In this document: in pieces, positions 50,860-62,752 of the stretch
Numbering within the stretch: position 1 is the stretch's first letter
Layout: every line of letters begins with the position of its first letter
Translations under genes and position numbers: made by a program
Notes under the pieces: model-generated
Told to the model about the DNA's origin: nothing
What the model saw: the letters and a program-made list of their open reading frames with translations, nothing else
The model's database searches: none
Origin: Octopus sinensis
Lineage: Eukaryota
Assembly (NCBI RefSeq): GCF_006345805.1
Contig: NC_043009.1
Coordinates: forward strand, 55,366,001 to 55,430,000
DNA: 64,000 bases
Reading direction: 5' to 3'

Positions 50860-51300
50860 AGTTTTCAACTGGTCTTGTTCAAAGCCATCTCTTTCAAAAC
50901 AAAAATTCACTTCTTCAATTCCAATGTCAAGGTCATTCTTGATGGGTTAGAAATTTGGAGGGTCATTAAAGCCATAAAGAGTAATCTACAGGCCTTTGTC
51001 AACAAATGTCTGCACTACATCCTCAAGATCTTGTGGCGAGAGAAAATTTCAAACAGAAGTCTGTGAAATAGAACAAGATGAACTCCCATCGATCAAGAAA
51101 TTCTAAAAAGGAAATGGGGCTGGATTGGTAACACTAAGGAAGTTTTCAAACAGCATTGCAAGACAAGTGTTAGACTGACAGCCTGAAGGAAAGAGGAAAG
51201 TTAGATGACCTAAAACCTGGAAGGGATGTGTGGGGGATGGACCAAAAACTGGTATGAAATGGTTGTAGCCATATGCTCCTTATGGAGTAATGTGGACTAA
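50860..51300 (+). mobile_element. RTE-clade LINE 3' fragment
   Basis: Encodes FNSNVKVIL..LQAFVNKCL..IL.I.W..ISN..L..RKWGWIG..IARQVLDW.PEGKRK. Confidence 0.8.
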
Positions 51301-51494
51301 ACTAAAAAAAATGGCCAAAACAGCTATAGCTTTCATCTTTGGTGTCACATTTTTTAGAGCCAAAACGACCTCGATATCATATTGTCCATGTGATAGCTCA
51401 GTTCAGTATTAGATTTTCATAGTAAAATATGATATTTTAATATAAACTTTTGGAAATTGATGTTTTGATATTGGCTATCAAAATACACCAATGG

Positions 51495-51760
51495 GGAAGT
51501 TCTTAACCAGATCAAGCTGAATCTGTCGCTGGAAGCTAGAATTACCAAGCATAGATTAGCATATTTTGGTCAATCATGCTCGGAATGGTCAGTGGCAAGA
51601 GAGGAAGAGGCCGACCAAGAACCCTCTGGCTTGACACCATTAAGAGTGACACGGGAATGGCCATAGCCAATCTGAAAGGAGCGACCCAGGATAGAACTGG
51701 CTGGAGAACACTGATCCATCAAGTAACCGAGAGTCGACTTTGACTGAGCGGATAAGAAAG
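51495..51760 (+). mobile_element. RTE/BovB-like LINE extreme 3' end
   Basis: Encodes SLEARITKHRLAYFG..GKRGRGRPRTLWLDTIKSD..QDRTGWRTLIHQVTESR. Confidence 0.8.
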
Positions 51761-52161
51761 ATCAAAATACATAGTGTAAACTTTTACTTTATTCTTGTCA
51801 AATTGAGCATCAGTCTGGAAATTTGTCTAATGTCACAATGAGTAGTGAAACAGCTAATATTAATTATCCTATTCAAACCTTTTAGGAATCTGATGCAAGT
51901 ACAACACCAACTTTCCAAATGCCAACGGTTCAGAATCTTCTATAATCTGTATAAATAACAAGTACTTGTATTTCATTTAATCAATTAAGTAAATTTGATA
52001 TTTGTTTGAGAGTGTGTAGGTCAATGTGATCACTCTCAGTTTGCAAAAATAAGTAACCCAGAAAAGCTTTGGAACCAAAGATTTTGGAAGAACATCATTG
52101 TACTTGTATTTTATTTATGTTTGTTCTAGGTAAGCAGTGAAAGGAATTAAATGCTAGATAC

Positions 52162-52320
52162 CTCTTGATCTGTTGTATGATTTAATATCTCTGTTTCCAC
52201 GTCACCTGGTTGAAGACATGTTACTCGTATTCCCAAGGAAGCCACTTCTAGTCTTAGAGCTTGGGATAAACCTTCAACAAAGAATTTTGATCCAGAATAT
52301 ACAGCTAAACCAGGAAACCC
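52162..52320 (-). CDS. SDR exon 5 (catalytic YxxxK)
   Basis: Boundaries are tttttcag|GGG TTT ... CAA GAG|gtatct, 159 bp; the exon is absent from the ORF track. It encodes GFPGLAVYSGSKFFVEGLSQALRLEVASLGIRVTCLQPGDVETEILNHTTDQE. Confidence 0.95.
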
Positions 52321-53893
52321 CTGAAAAATAGGGATTGGGAGAAAATAATAAATATATAGTGACGTATATTTGCCATTTGAATATGGCTAACCCCTAAGGG
52401 TGGATGCTACTGTAGTTTGTAGCCCCAGGAGGACACCTCCTCCAGCTGGCTATAGACACACTTTCTGTGCCCTATCAGTATTTGCGAAGGGAAGCCATCC
52501 TTTCCGTCTTCAACTTATGATACACACGGACTCGAGTTTCAGGGTATTGACCCGTCATCGGCGTGTGACAATCATAATTGTCGATGAGAAGTCGGTTCCC
52601 TTCACAAATACATATACTTTTTCCAGTATCGATTGACACTGATATTGAAAAAGTGAAATCAAACAATGATAAATCTATAAATAAATATATATATATTTTT
52701 ATTAGACATGTGGTTTCAGATTTATGACAAAAAATTTGATTAGATGTGGTTGATGCCTTTCTGAAAGGTATTATCAATGTGCGATGAAGTGGGTGCAATT
52801 TAGAATTGAAAACAAGTCACTGATGTGATGAGCTGATTTGTTGCTGCTCTTTGGGCATAGATGATTTGGCACAAATGATTAGTTATTCAGCTTGTGTTGA
52901 TGACTATTATTTTGTGGGGCTGGACACGTCTGCACACAAAGATACATAGGCAGAAAGAGTAAAAGGACATTACAATTTAATAATTGAACATGATGGACAT
53001 AAACACTTTCCCTCTCTCCAGATACATAAGGAGAAATATGATTATGCACATAAACAGAAGAGGAGAGATAGAGAAGGAGGTGAGAACAAAAGGAACATTA
53101 AAATATCTGTATTAAGAGAGTCAGTGTTGAATCAGTAACACCAAACAAATGGTCTCTGTGGAATATTCATTTTAACAAGGGGCAAGTCTGCATAGTTTAT
53201 AGGTGGTTTCAGTCAGTTAGCCTGTCTTGATGATTGGTACTTATTTTATTGACCTTGGAAGAATAAGAACTGAAGAAATAAAGGAATGTTGCAGTAAGAA
53301 ACAATCTAATGAGCTGAACAGCAGAAAGTCTTCAGAAAAGAAATTCCTCTCAGGCAAGCGCTTTGGCCTTCAGCTTCTTACATGCTTAGGGAGCCAGGTC
53401 CATGACTCTTGGGTGACCTTCTCCTGACACTTTTTAGCTACTGAGAAATCCTAAATTTCACTCCTAAGCTTTAAGCGAGGTTCTGGGTGTATATATATAT
53501 ACATATATATGATACCTGTGCTTTTTTCTCTATCATACTTCAGCATTTCAACACCTGCCATAAAGCCCTCCCACTCTCTCAAATACTCTACTCCTCTATA
53601 GTCATAGATTTTTTCCCCACTGTTCCTTTTCTGTTTTACAAGTTACTAGTCACTCACTAGTGCCAGTGACAGGGAAAAAAGCACAGTACCCCTGTAAAAT
53701 GGTTGGCATGAAAAAGAGCACCCAGCCATAGAAACCTTACCGAAGGTAACAATAAAGCCTGGCATAGCCTGAGGCTCACCAGATTCTGTCAAACTGTCAA
53801 GCCCCTTGCCAGCATGGAAACCGGATGTTAAATGATGATGATAAAAAATATATATATGATGATATAATAAATATATATTCATACAAATATATA

Positions 53894-53924
<31 letters not shown>

Positions 53925-54009
53925 CATCATCATCATCAACGTTAAACGATGATGATGGTGATATATATACAGGGTCATTGGAAAATGGTTTCTGTGATTT
54001 TAGTTGTCA

Positions 54010-55302
54010 GTTCCACTCTAGGCACAAGGCCCGAAATTTTGGGGAAGGTGGAGCAAGTCGATTAGATCGACCTCAGTACGCAACTGGTACTTAATTTGTT
54101 GACCCTGAAAGGATGAAAGGCAAATTCAACCGTGGCAGAATTTGAACTCAGAATGTATAGACAGACAAAATACCTATTTCTTTACTACCCACAAGGGGAT
54201 AAACACAGAGAGGACAAACGGATTAAGTCAATTACTCCAGTGCGTAACTGGTACTTATTTAATCGACCCCGAAAAGATGAAAGGCAAATTCGACCTCGGC
54301 GGAATTTAAACTCAGAACGTAGCGGCAGACGAAATACCTATTTCTTTACTACCCACAAGGGGCTAAACACAGAGTGGACAAACAAGGATAGACAAACGGA
54401 TTAAGTCGATTATATCGAGCCCAGTGCGTAACTAGTACTTATTTAGTCGACCCCGAAAGGATGAAAGGCAAAGTTGACCTCGGCGGAATTTGAACTCAGA
54501 ACGTAGCGACAGACGAAATACCTATTTCTTTACTACCCACAAGGGGCTAAACACAGAGTGGACAAACAAGGATAGACAAACGGATTAAGTCGATTATATC
54601 GAGCCCAGTGCGTAACTAGTACTTATTTAGTCGACCCCGAAAGGATGAAAGGCAAAGTTGACCTCGGCGGAATTTGAACTCAGAACGTAGCGACAGACGA
54701 AATACCTATTTCTTTACTACCCACAAGGGGCTAAACACAGAGTGGACAAACAAGGATAGACAAACGGATTAAGTCGATTATATCGACCCCAGTGCGTAAC
54801 TAGTACTTATTTAGTCGACCCCGAAAGGATGAAAGGCAAAGTTGACCTCGGCGGAATTTGAACTCAGAACGTAGCGACAGACGAAATACCTATTTCTTTA
54901 CTACCCACAAGGGGCTAAACACAGAGTGGACAAACAAGGACAGACAAACGGATTAAGTCGATATATCGACCCCAGTGCGTAACTAGTACTTATTTAGTCG
55001 ACCCCAAAAGGATGAAAGGCAAAGTTGACCTCGCGGAATTTGAACTCAGAACGTAGCGACAGACGAAATACCTATTTCTTTACTACCCACAAGGGGCTAA
55101 ACACAGAGTGGACAAACAAGGATAGACAAACGGATTAAGTCGATTATATCGACCCCAGTGCGTAACTAGTACTTATTTAGTCGACCCCGAAAGGATGAAA
55201 GGCAAAGTTGACCTCGGCGGAATTTGAACTCACAACGTAATGCAGACGAAATACCGCTAAGCATTTCGCCTGGTGTGCTATCGATTCTGCCAGCACCCCG
55301 CC
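54010..55302 (-). repeat. Family B SINE multimer: 184-bp tandem array
   Basis: The unit recurs at 54136, 54300, 54484, 54668, 54852, 55034 and 55218 (periods 164, 184, 184, 184, 182, 184). There is a single SINE head at about 55302. Confidence 0.93.
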
Positions 55303-55496
55303 TTATTTTTGGTTGTTAATTGCACAAGCTGTAAGCAAGCAATCTGTATGAAATCAATGTGGGACTGTATAACAACAATAGGAGTTTTGATATTTGCCAC
55401 TGTTTCACTAGTGAACATCTGATCAGTCACTCCATGACAATAATGGCGACTGTACAGCAGAAAGCGCAATGTGTGTTGTGGCATGCTGAGTATATA

Positions 55497-55736
55497 AGGC
55501 GGCGAACTGGCAGAAACGTTAGCACGTCGGGCGAAATGCTTAGCAGTATTTCGTCTGCCGTTACGTTGTGAGTTCAAATTCCGCCCAGGTCGATTTTACC
55601 TTTCATCCTTTCGGAGTCGATAAATTAAGTACCAGTTACGCACTGGGGTCAATGTAATCGACTTAATACCTATGTCTGTCCTTGTTTGTCCCCTCTATGT
55701 TTAGCCCCTTGTGGGTAATAAAGAAATAGGTAGGCC
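55497..55736 (+). mobile_element. Family B SINE monomer inserted in the rosa transposase
   Basis: TSD gagtataag at about 55488-55496 and 55737-55745. Confidence 0.85.
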
Positions 55737-56030
55737 GAGTATAAGTCAGTTGTTTTAGTGCAATATCATTTTCGGCGACTTATGGACGAGATCCACCTAC
55801 AGACAAAACCACTGTTCGTTGGTTTAACGAAACTGGAAATGTAAAGATTAAGAAATCGCCAGGCTGGCCACGCACGTGGGACGAGAATGTGGAGCGTTTG
55901 AGACTGTTGTGTTTGCATAGTCTTAAAAAGTCCATTGCTCAATGCAGTTTGGAACTTTATATGCCTAAGACAACGATTCAAAATGTGCTGTATAAACGCC
56001 AAAGACTTGCATGCTTACAAAATTCAAATG

Positions 56031-56204
56031 GCACAGGAGTGGCTTTGTGGTAAGTAGCTTGCTTACCAGCCACATGGTTCCGGGTTCAGTCCCACTGCGT
56101 GGCACCTTGGGCAAGTGTCTTCTACTATAGCCTCGGGCTGACCAAAGCCTTGTGAGTGGATTTGGTAGACGGAAACTGAAAGAAGCCCGTCGTATGTATA
56201 TATA

Positions 56205-56264
<60 letters not shown>

Positions 56265-56468
56265 CTGTGTTTGTCCCCTCCCAACATCGCTTGACAACCG
56301 ATGCTGGTGTGTTTAGGTCCCCGTAACTTAGCGGTTCGGCAAACGAGACCGATAGAATAAGTACTGGGCTTACAAAAGAATAAGACCCGGGGTCGAGTTA
56401 CTCGACTAAAGGCAGTGCTCCAGCATGGCCGCAGTCAAATGACTGAAACAAGTAAAAGAGTAAAGAGT
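56031..56468 (+). mobile_element. SINE family A, full length, inside the rosa element
   Basis: Near-identical to 6712-7116. Confidence 0.9.
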
Positions 56469-57277
56469 ATGAAACATAAAATTAAGGAGAAAGATAGGCT
56501 TAAACGTGTCGGATTTGCTGTATTGATGCTAAGAGAAACTGATGACAATGATAGTTATCTTGACAGAATTCTATTTAGTGATGAAGCAACGTTCCACATT
56601 AATGGTCGTGTTAGCTGACATAACAGTTAGATATGGAGAGCTCAGCAAACCAATGGAGCTTTCCAGTACGGCCATGATTTGCCCAAGGTTAATGTGTAGT
56701 GTGAACTCCTTCCCTGTAGTGTTGTTGGCCCTTTTATGTTTGCAGAAAACACGATTACGGACGCTAGTTACTTGGACGTTTTAGAAATGTATGTGTTCCC
56801 TCAAATTGCAGTCATTGAAAGAGAAAAGGGAAATCGTGTAATTTTCCAGCAGGACGGAGTGCAGGTTCTCTACAGCTATAATGTGCAACAAGCTCTCAAC
56901 AACAGATTCCCTGGCCTTTGGATTGGAAGGAATGACCCTGTTTTGTGGTCACCTAGAAGCCCTGATCTGACTCCTTTGGATTTTTTTTCTTTTGGGGTTA
57001 TCTTAAGAATATTGTCTACTCAGAAAAAAAAACCGGGATCTGCGACATTTAAGAGAGAGAATCCATGCGAAATGATTCAGCCACCTGGAAGGAGGTTGAC
57101 TATCGATTAGATGTTTACCGTGCGACTAGAGGAGCTCATATCGAAATCTACGAAGTAATGTAAAAAAAATTTAAGATTTTCTGTGTTTTGGTGTGTAAAT
57201 AAATAGTATACTTTTAATACAGACTTAGTTATTTCATTTTGAAATCACAGAAACCTTTTTCGATGACCCTGTGTGTA

Positions 57278-57309
<32 letters not shown>

Positions 57310-57363
57310 CTTTATATATATATATATATATATTTATATTTATAGTTAAGTTTATTTGTCAAT

Positions 57364-57653
57364 AGAATGTGGCAGTCCTACACAGGACAATGTTACTATT
57401 GTTTAGCCCCAAGAAAACCTCTTTTCCAGCTGGCTATCGACACACAGTTTGTGTCCATATAGTTTGAGCAAGGGAAACAATCCAGAAACTTAGGTCTTAG
57501 AATCACGAAGGCTAGAAATGGGAGCGATAACCTCCCTTGCTCATGCTAAACAGACACAAACTGTGTGTTGGTAGTCAGCTGAAAAGAGGTTTTCCTGGGG
57601 CTAAACAGTAATAACATTGTCCAACACTTTACTGTGTAAGATTGCCACATTCT
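57364..57653. mobile_element. MITE with TIRs of about 110 bp
   Basis: agaatgtggcagtcctacacag..gtttagccccaagaaaacctc..cacacagtttgtgtc is mirrored at 57553-57653. Related sequence is at about 52400-52500. Confidence 0.75.
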
Positions 57654-57770
57654 GTTGGTAAATAAAGTTTACTGTTTGGTACTGTTATTGCATATCCTCA
57701 CTCAGACATTTAAAACTAGTTGTTTTTCTCTTTATATATATATGTATATATATTTATATATATATATATA

Positions 57771-58160
57771 TCATCATCATCATCATCATCATCGTTTAAC
57801 GTCCGCTTTCCATGCTAGCATGGGTTGGACGATTTGATTGAGGGCTGGCGAACCAGATAGCTGCACCAGGCTCCAATCTTGATCTGGAAGAGTTTCTACA
57901 GCTGGATGCCCTTTCTAACACCAACCACTCCGAGAGTGTAGTGGGTGCTTTTTACGTGCTACCGGCACGAGGGCCAGTCAGGCGATATTGGCATCGCCCT
58001 TGCTCGAAAGTTTTTACACGTGCCACTGGCACAAGTGCCAGTAAGGCGACGCTGGTAACGATCACGCTCAAATGGTGCCTTTTATGTGCCACCGGCACGG
58101 AAGCCAGTGAGTCGCTCAAGCAATGATCACCATGGATGGTGCTCTTAGCACCCTACTAGC
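57771..58160 (-). mobile_element. SINE-like family C
   Basis: Starts with (CAT)n-cgtttaacgtccgc. Confidence 0.87.
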
Positions 58161-58565
58161 ATGAGGCATGTGAGGTACATTACATCTGGAGACAACAGGT
58201 GAAGTTAGAGTGGGATAAGAATCCGCTGTGAGCTACCAGCTTGCAGTGTTTCTCAGTGTAAGCGAGAAGGAAGAAAAAGGGTGAATGTCTTAATTCTCCT
58301 GCTTCAATAGTCTCGCCAACAAGAGTCTCGCCATCGTCTTGCGTATGGCAAATGGTGGCAGGCGAGATCTCACTCCTGTCTCAGACATGGTAATGGCTAC
58401 TGGCGAGATATCGTACAAAATGGTGTTGGCTTCTTGTGCCTTGCTACATATATATATATATATATATAACGGGAAAGTTTACAAAAATAAACAAAAGACG
58501 AAGGCAGATGGAGTACAAACAAACAAATGTATTAGTATAGCGCTCAGGAATGGAAATAGAAAAAG

Positions 58566-58603
58566 TCTTTTATGTTTCGAACCTATGCTCTTCGACAGAA
58601 AGA
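58566..58603 (-). ncRNA. Hammerhead-like motif with variant core CUGUCGA
   Basis: Reads tcttt CTGTCGA a gagc-atag-gttc GAAA ca TA aaaga. Stem I is a perfect 5 bp, stem II is 4 bp, and stem III is degenerate. Confidence 0.5.
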
Positions 58604-58783
58604 TACACAGAAAAAAACAAGGAGAGAAAAAAATGCATGTAGGAGCTAACGATCTATCATGGCATCCTGATATATATATATAGTAATATAGTTTCTTTGA
58701 AGCCATTGGCATAAAGAAGTAAAATAGCAAAATATTAAAAAACAAAGAGCTTTTTACAATGTGAAAAGGAAGAAGTTTAACAA

Positions 58784-58824
58784 CCTTTATATATTTCTGG
58801 TACAATGGTCCATCATCAGAAATA
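58784..58824 (-). ncRNA. Minimal hammerhead ribozyme motif, canonical core
   Basis: Reads tattt CTGATGA tgg-accattgta-cca GAAA tata TA aagg. Stem II is 3 bp, stem III is palindromic, and stem I is weak (3 bp). Confidence 0.45.
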
Positions 58825-59115
58825 AACGATGAAAATCTATACAATACTAGCCTGTACTTCCACCTATAACACCAAGATTTGTCCTTTTTTCCTCAGGAGA
58901 GTAGGGAAATGAAATCCATATGCTTTCATTCAATAATGTTTGTTATATTCATAAAATGAAGACCTCACAATCAGGCATCTCTAACATGTCTTGCAGCAAA
59001 CTTATATTCTAAATTATTCCACACAATTAATCTGCACAGTGTGAAATATTCCTAATACTACAACAACGCAGATAAATGAAGTGATGATATATAAAGCTAA
59101 AACAAAGCTATATAC

Positions 59116-59208
59116 TTTTCTTCCTGCATCAGAGGATATGTTGACGATATGACCAGACTTTTTCTTTATCATCCCATCAAGGACAGCACCAATACAGTTA
59201 GTCACACC
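59116..59208 (-). CDS. SDR exon 4 (catalytic Ser region)
   Basis: Boundaries are tttcag|GGT GTG ... AGA AAA|gtatat, 93 bp. It encodes GVTNCIGAVLDGMIKKKSGHIVNISSDAGRK. Confidence 0.95.
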
Positions 59209-59437
59209 CTGAAAAAACAAAAATGAAATGGTGTTCATTTTTCCAGTTTTATATTTTTCAAAAATTCAATACAATTTATTAAAAGCATTCCCTCTCTCCC
59301 TTTCGGAGAGGCACTGAGCAGCTATATGCACACATACACACAAGGCAAAGGGTGAAATTAATTAATTAAGAAGTAATCAGTAATTTCACCAAGTAGAATT
59401 CGGCATGTAAAAGACCAATTCATGGTAAGTTTAAGTA

Positions 59438-59544
59438 ATACTAAATAATTAGGGTTCAGCAACGATTTGCCTCACCACTTTGACTGCTATTTCTAAATTC
59501 GGTGTGGTGAGGCAAATCGTTGCTGAACCCTAATTATTTAGTAT
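59438..59544. repeat. Perfect 41-bp inverted repeat (Penelope-type footprint)
   Basis: 59438-59478 versus 59504-59544, 25-bp spacer. Confidence 0.93.
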
Positions 59545-59617
59545 ATATATATATATATATATACGTTTATATATTTGTTGTGCAAGATTTTTTATGTGAA
59601 ATCGTGTGTTGAAACAG

Positions 59618-59770
59618 ATATTGTTGTATTTCGGAATGGTCATTTTGCCAGTTTAGATTAAGTTTAATGTAAAAAATAAATAACACTGAAGCAAAGTAAC
59701 ACCAAATATATAGTGCGTGTGTTTTTATTGGCTAAACTGGCAAAATGACCATTCCGAAATACAACAATAT
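59618..59770. repeat. Perfect 39-bp inverted repeat (Penelope-type footprint)
   Basis: 59618-59656 versus 59732-59770, 75-bp spacer. Confidence 0.93.
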
Positions 59771-59991
59771 ATATATATTATATATATATATATATGGCTG
59801 TGTGGTTAGGGAGCTTGCTTCCTAGCTACATGGTTTCGGGTTCAGTCCCACTGCATGGCACTTTGGGTAGGTGTCTTCCACTATAGCCCCGAGCCGACCG
59901 GAGCTTTGTGATTGAATTCGGCAGGTGGAAGTTACTGCCGTGTGTGTATGTGTGCGTATAGCTGCTCAGTGCCTCTCCAAAAGAGAGAGAG

Positions 59992-60037
<46 letters not shown>

Positions 60038-60214
60038 ATATATATATGTATGTTTTGTATGTTTGCATGTTACAGATATGTATATATACAGTGTACTGTT
60101 ATGTGACTCTTTGCAGGTCTGTATTGTATGTATCTGTGTGCAGGTGTATATAGTTTTATGTCTACATGTGTATACTGTATGTTTCTTTATACAGGTACAT
60201 ATTAAATGATTTAC

Positions 60215-60355
60215 CTTGCAATTAGTGTCTATCATACTATCCCATTCATCTTCTTTATGGTTTTTCATCAATGTGTAATATGAAGTACCAGCACAATTGA
60301 CCAAAATATCAACTGGTCCAAAAGAACATTCTGTATGTCGAACAAGCTCTTTCAC
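60215..60355 (-). CDS. SDR exon 3
   Basis: Boundaries are tgcag|GTG AAA ... TGC AAG|gtaaat, 141 bp. It encodes VKELVRHTECSFGPVDILVNCAGTSYYTLMKNHKEDEWDSMIDTNCK. Confidence 0.95.
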
Positions 60356-60705
60356 CTGCAAGAAAAAAAAAAAACATTGACAACAGTTGTTTTTTTTCCA
60401 TTATTGATTGTTGGTATTGCTATTGTAGCTTTTCTTGTTTTCATTATCTTGCTTTTATGGTGGAAATTATTTTAATGTAACACACTTTAAATTTCGTGTC
60501 AAAATTGTGATGATATTTGGTCAATAACTGATGAGGGGCTTAAGCTTGTCTGTGTCCATTCTGTGTGTGTTTTCTGTTTTTCTGTACTTTCATGTTTATT
60601 CTCCCTGTAAAGTCCTTTAGGCAAAGTCTTCTATTATAGACCTGAGTTGACCAATGCCTTGTAAGTGAATTTGGTAGATGGAAACTATCAGGAAGCCTGT
60701 CATGT

Positions 60706-60775
<70 letters not shown>

Positions 60776-60879
60776 ATCTTCATGCTTGTGTTTGTTTCCC
60801 CACAACTTGACAACTCGTGTTAGTTTGTTTATGTCCCTTGATGCGCTGAAGAAGCCATAGTAAAAAGTAACTTTCATAC

Positions 60880-61088
60880 CTGCTGTTTGTCAATAACATC
60901 TGTTTTAACGGCAATGACTTGGCCTTGAGCACCTTCTGAGAACTTCTTGCATAATTCCTGCAGCTTATCTTCCCTGCGAGCAGCCATAGCAACATTTGCA
61001 CCTGCTTTAACAAAGGCTTCTGCAATTGCACAACCGATTCCACTTGATGCACCCGTTACAATGACAACTTTTCCATGGATGTTGGTAT
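60880..61088 (-). CDS. SDR exon 2 (Rossmann fold, TGASSGIG)
   Basis: Boundaries are ttacag|AT ACC ... CAG CAG|gtatga, 209 bp. It encodes GKVVIVTGASSGIGCAIAEAFVKAGANVAMAARREDKL. The ARR motif is typical of NADP(H) preference. Confidence 0.95.
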
Positions 61089-61879
61089 CTGTAATATCAA
61101 ATGAGGAAAATGCATATTTAACACAGCTTCCCCATTGTCATTGCAGTAATGGTGGAAGTGGGATCAATTGCTTGACCCCATGGTATCCATCAGTGGGTTA
61201 CTCTTTTAAATTTTTTACTTCAGCCATTAGACTGGCCATGCTGGGAATACTGCCTTGAAGAATTTTTAGTCAAATAAATCGACCCCAATACTATTTCTTT
61301 TTAAGACTGGTATTTATTCAATCAATCTCTTTTGCTGAACTGCTAAGTTGTAGGGATGTAAACATACCAACACCATTTCAGTTCTATATTTAAGAGATGA
61401 AGAATTATGTGTAATTCTTCATCAATAAGTAAAATAATTATAATTGATCAGGAATTGAACCCAGATTGCAGGTACAACAGCAGTAGTCAGCACAATACAG
61501 GTGAAGTTATGTTAAGTCAGTGACCTAGAAGTAGTAACTAGTAAGACCCTAAGATATTAATGTTGCAGTTCCTTGAACTCATAGGACTGGTTACTCAGTT
61601 TCCATGGCATATAAATGACTGAGATCCCAGTTTTCCTTCTGAAAGGGACACCGGTCCATTGAAGGAGTACTAGTCCATAACATTTACAGCTGAGTGGACT
61701 GGAGTTATATGAAGTGTTTTTCTCAAGAACACAATGCACTACCCAGTCCAGAAATTGAAACCACAAGCTTGCAATTGTGAGTGGAACACCCGAAGCCCTA
61801 GATCATGCACTTTCACTGTCAGAGTTAGTAGCATGTTTTAAAAGGGAATAACAAAACCTCAGACAAATGTTTCAGATAA

Positions 61880-62570
61880 TGGCATATATATGACATTGTC
61901 TCAGATAGATACAGTTGGTTTCCCTGGACATTTCCTATGCCAGGATGAGTGTTATGTTCATCACATTGAGGTAGAGTTAAAGAGACAATCCATGCAGTGG
62001 AAACACTACTCCTCACCTGCTCCAAAAAAGGTCAAAGTTGTTTCAGCTACAAGGAAGGTGACAGCCACAGGTTTTAGGGATGCAAAAAGCATTATGTTTG
62101 TTGACTATCTTCAAAAGAACCTCACCATTTATGGAGAGTACTGTGCCAGCTTGCAAAGGGAGTTACGAAAGGGCATGAAAACCAAACACTCAGGAAACTG
62201 ACAAAAGGGATCTTGTTCATTACAGCAATGCTTCAACACACAAGTTCTTGGTTTCATGTGTGACTGTGGCTTTGAACTGGTTGATCACCCTCCCTATTCT
62301 GATTTGGGCCCCATTTTATTATCATCTGTTCCCCTACATGAAAAAACACTTGGCCGGGAAGCAGTATTGCAGTGATGATGTCACAACTGCTGTTCAATAC
62401 TTCTTTGACTAACAGGATAAAAGCTTCTTCACTAATTGGACACAGGTACTGCATCACCAATGGAAGAAGTGTGTGAATGAGAAGGGGGACCTATGTTGAA
62501 AAATTAGTCTCATTTTGTCACATTTGATGAAAGTGTCTTGGTCAACCAATGAACTCTTCAGTTGATCCTT
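61880..62570 (+). mobile_element. mariner (DD34D, Hsmar2/irritans-like) transposase fragment
   Basis: Encodes DECYVHH..KRQSMQWKH..SPAPKK..DYLQK..ELVDHPPYS..WKKCVNEKGDYVEK. Frameshifted. Confidence 0.85.
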
Positions 62571-62752
62571 GAACATGAAAATTACCTCTACCACTCACTT
62601 TATAAAGTAAAAGGTAAAGTTAATTGAAGCCAGATTTCAACTCGGAGAAAAGAAATTAAATACTGCTGCTGCCACTCAGGATTACTATGAAGAATATATT
62701 TGTAGTTTAAATAGATTTTTAGAAAAAAAAAAAAAGATTTTGATGAACTTAC

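Larger units (their letters stand above)
53970..57271 (+). mobile_element. rosa-like DD41D Tc1/mariner transposon carrying three nested SINE insertions
   Basis: TIRs CAGGGTCATTGGAAAATGGTTTCTGTGATTT and its reverse complement at 57241-57271. The transposase starts MATVQQKAQCVLWHAE at 55444, includes FSDEATFH, and has QQDG..41 aa..SPDLTPLD. Confidence 0.88.

Noticed and set aside
54010-55302. Regular repeat array as a possible CRISPR
   Set aside because: There are no unique spacers, the whole 184-bp unit repeats, it is SINE-derived, and the context is eukaryotic with no cas genes.
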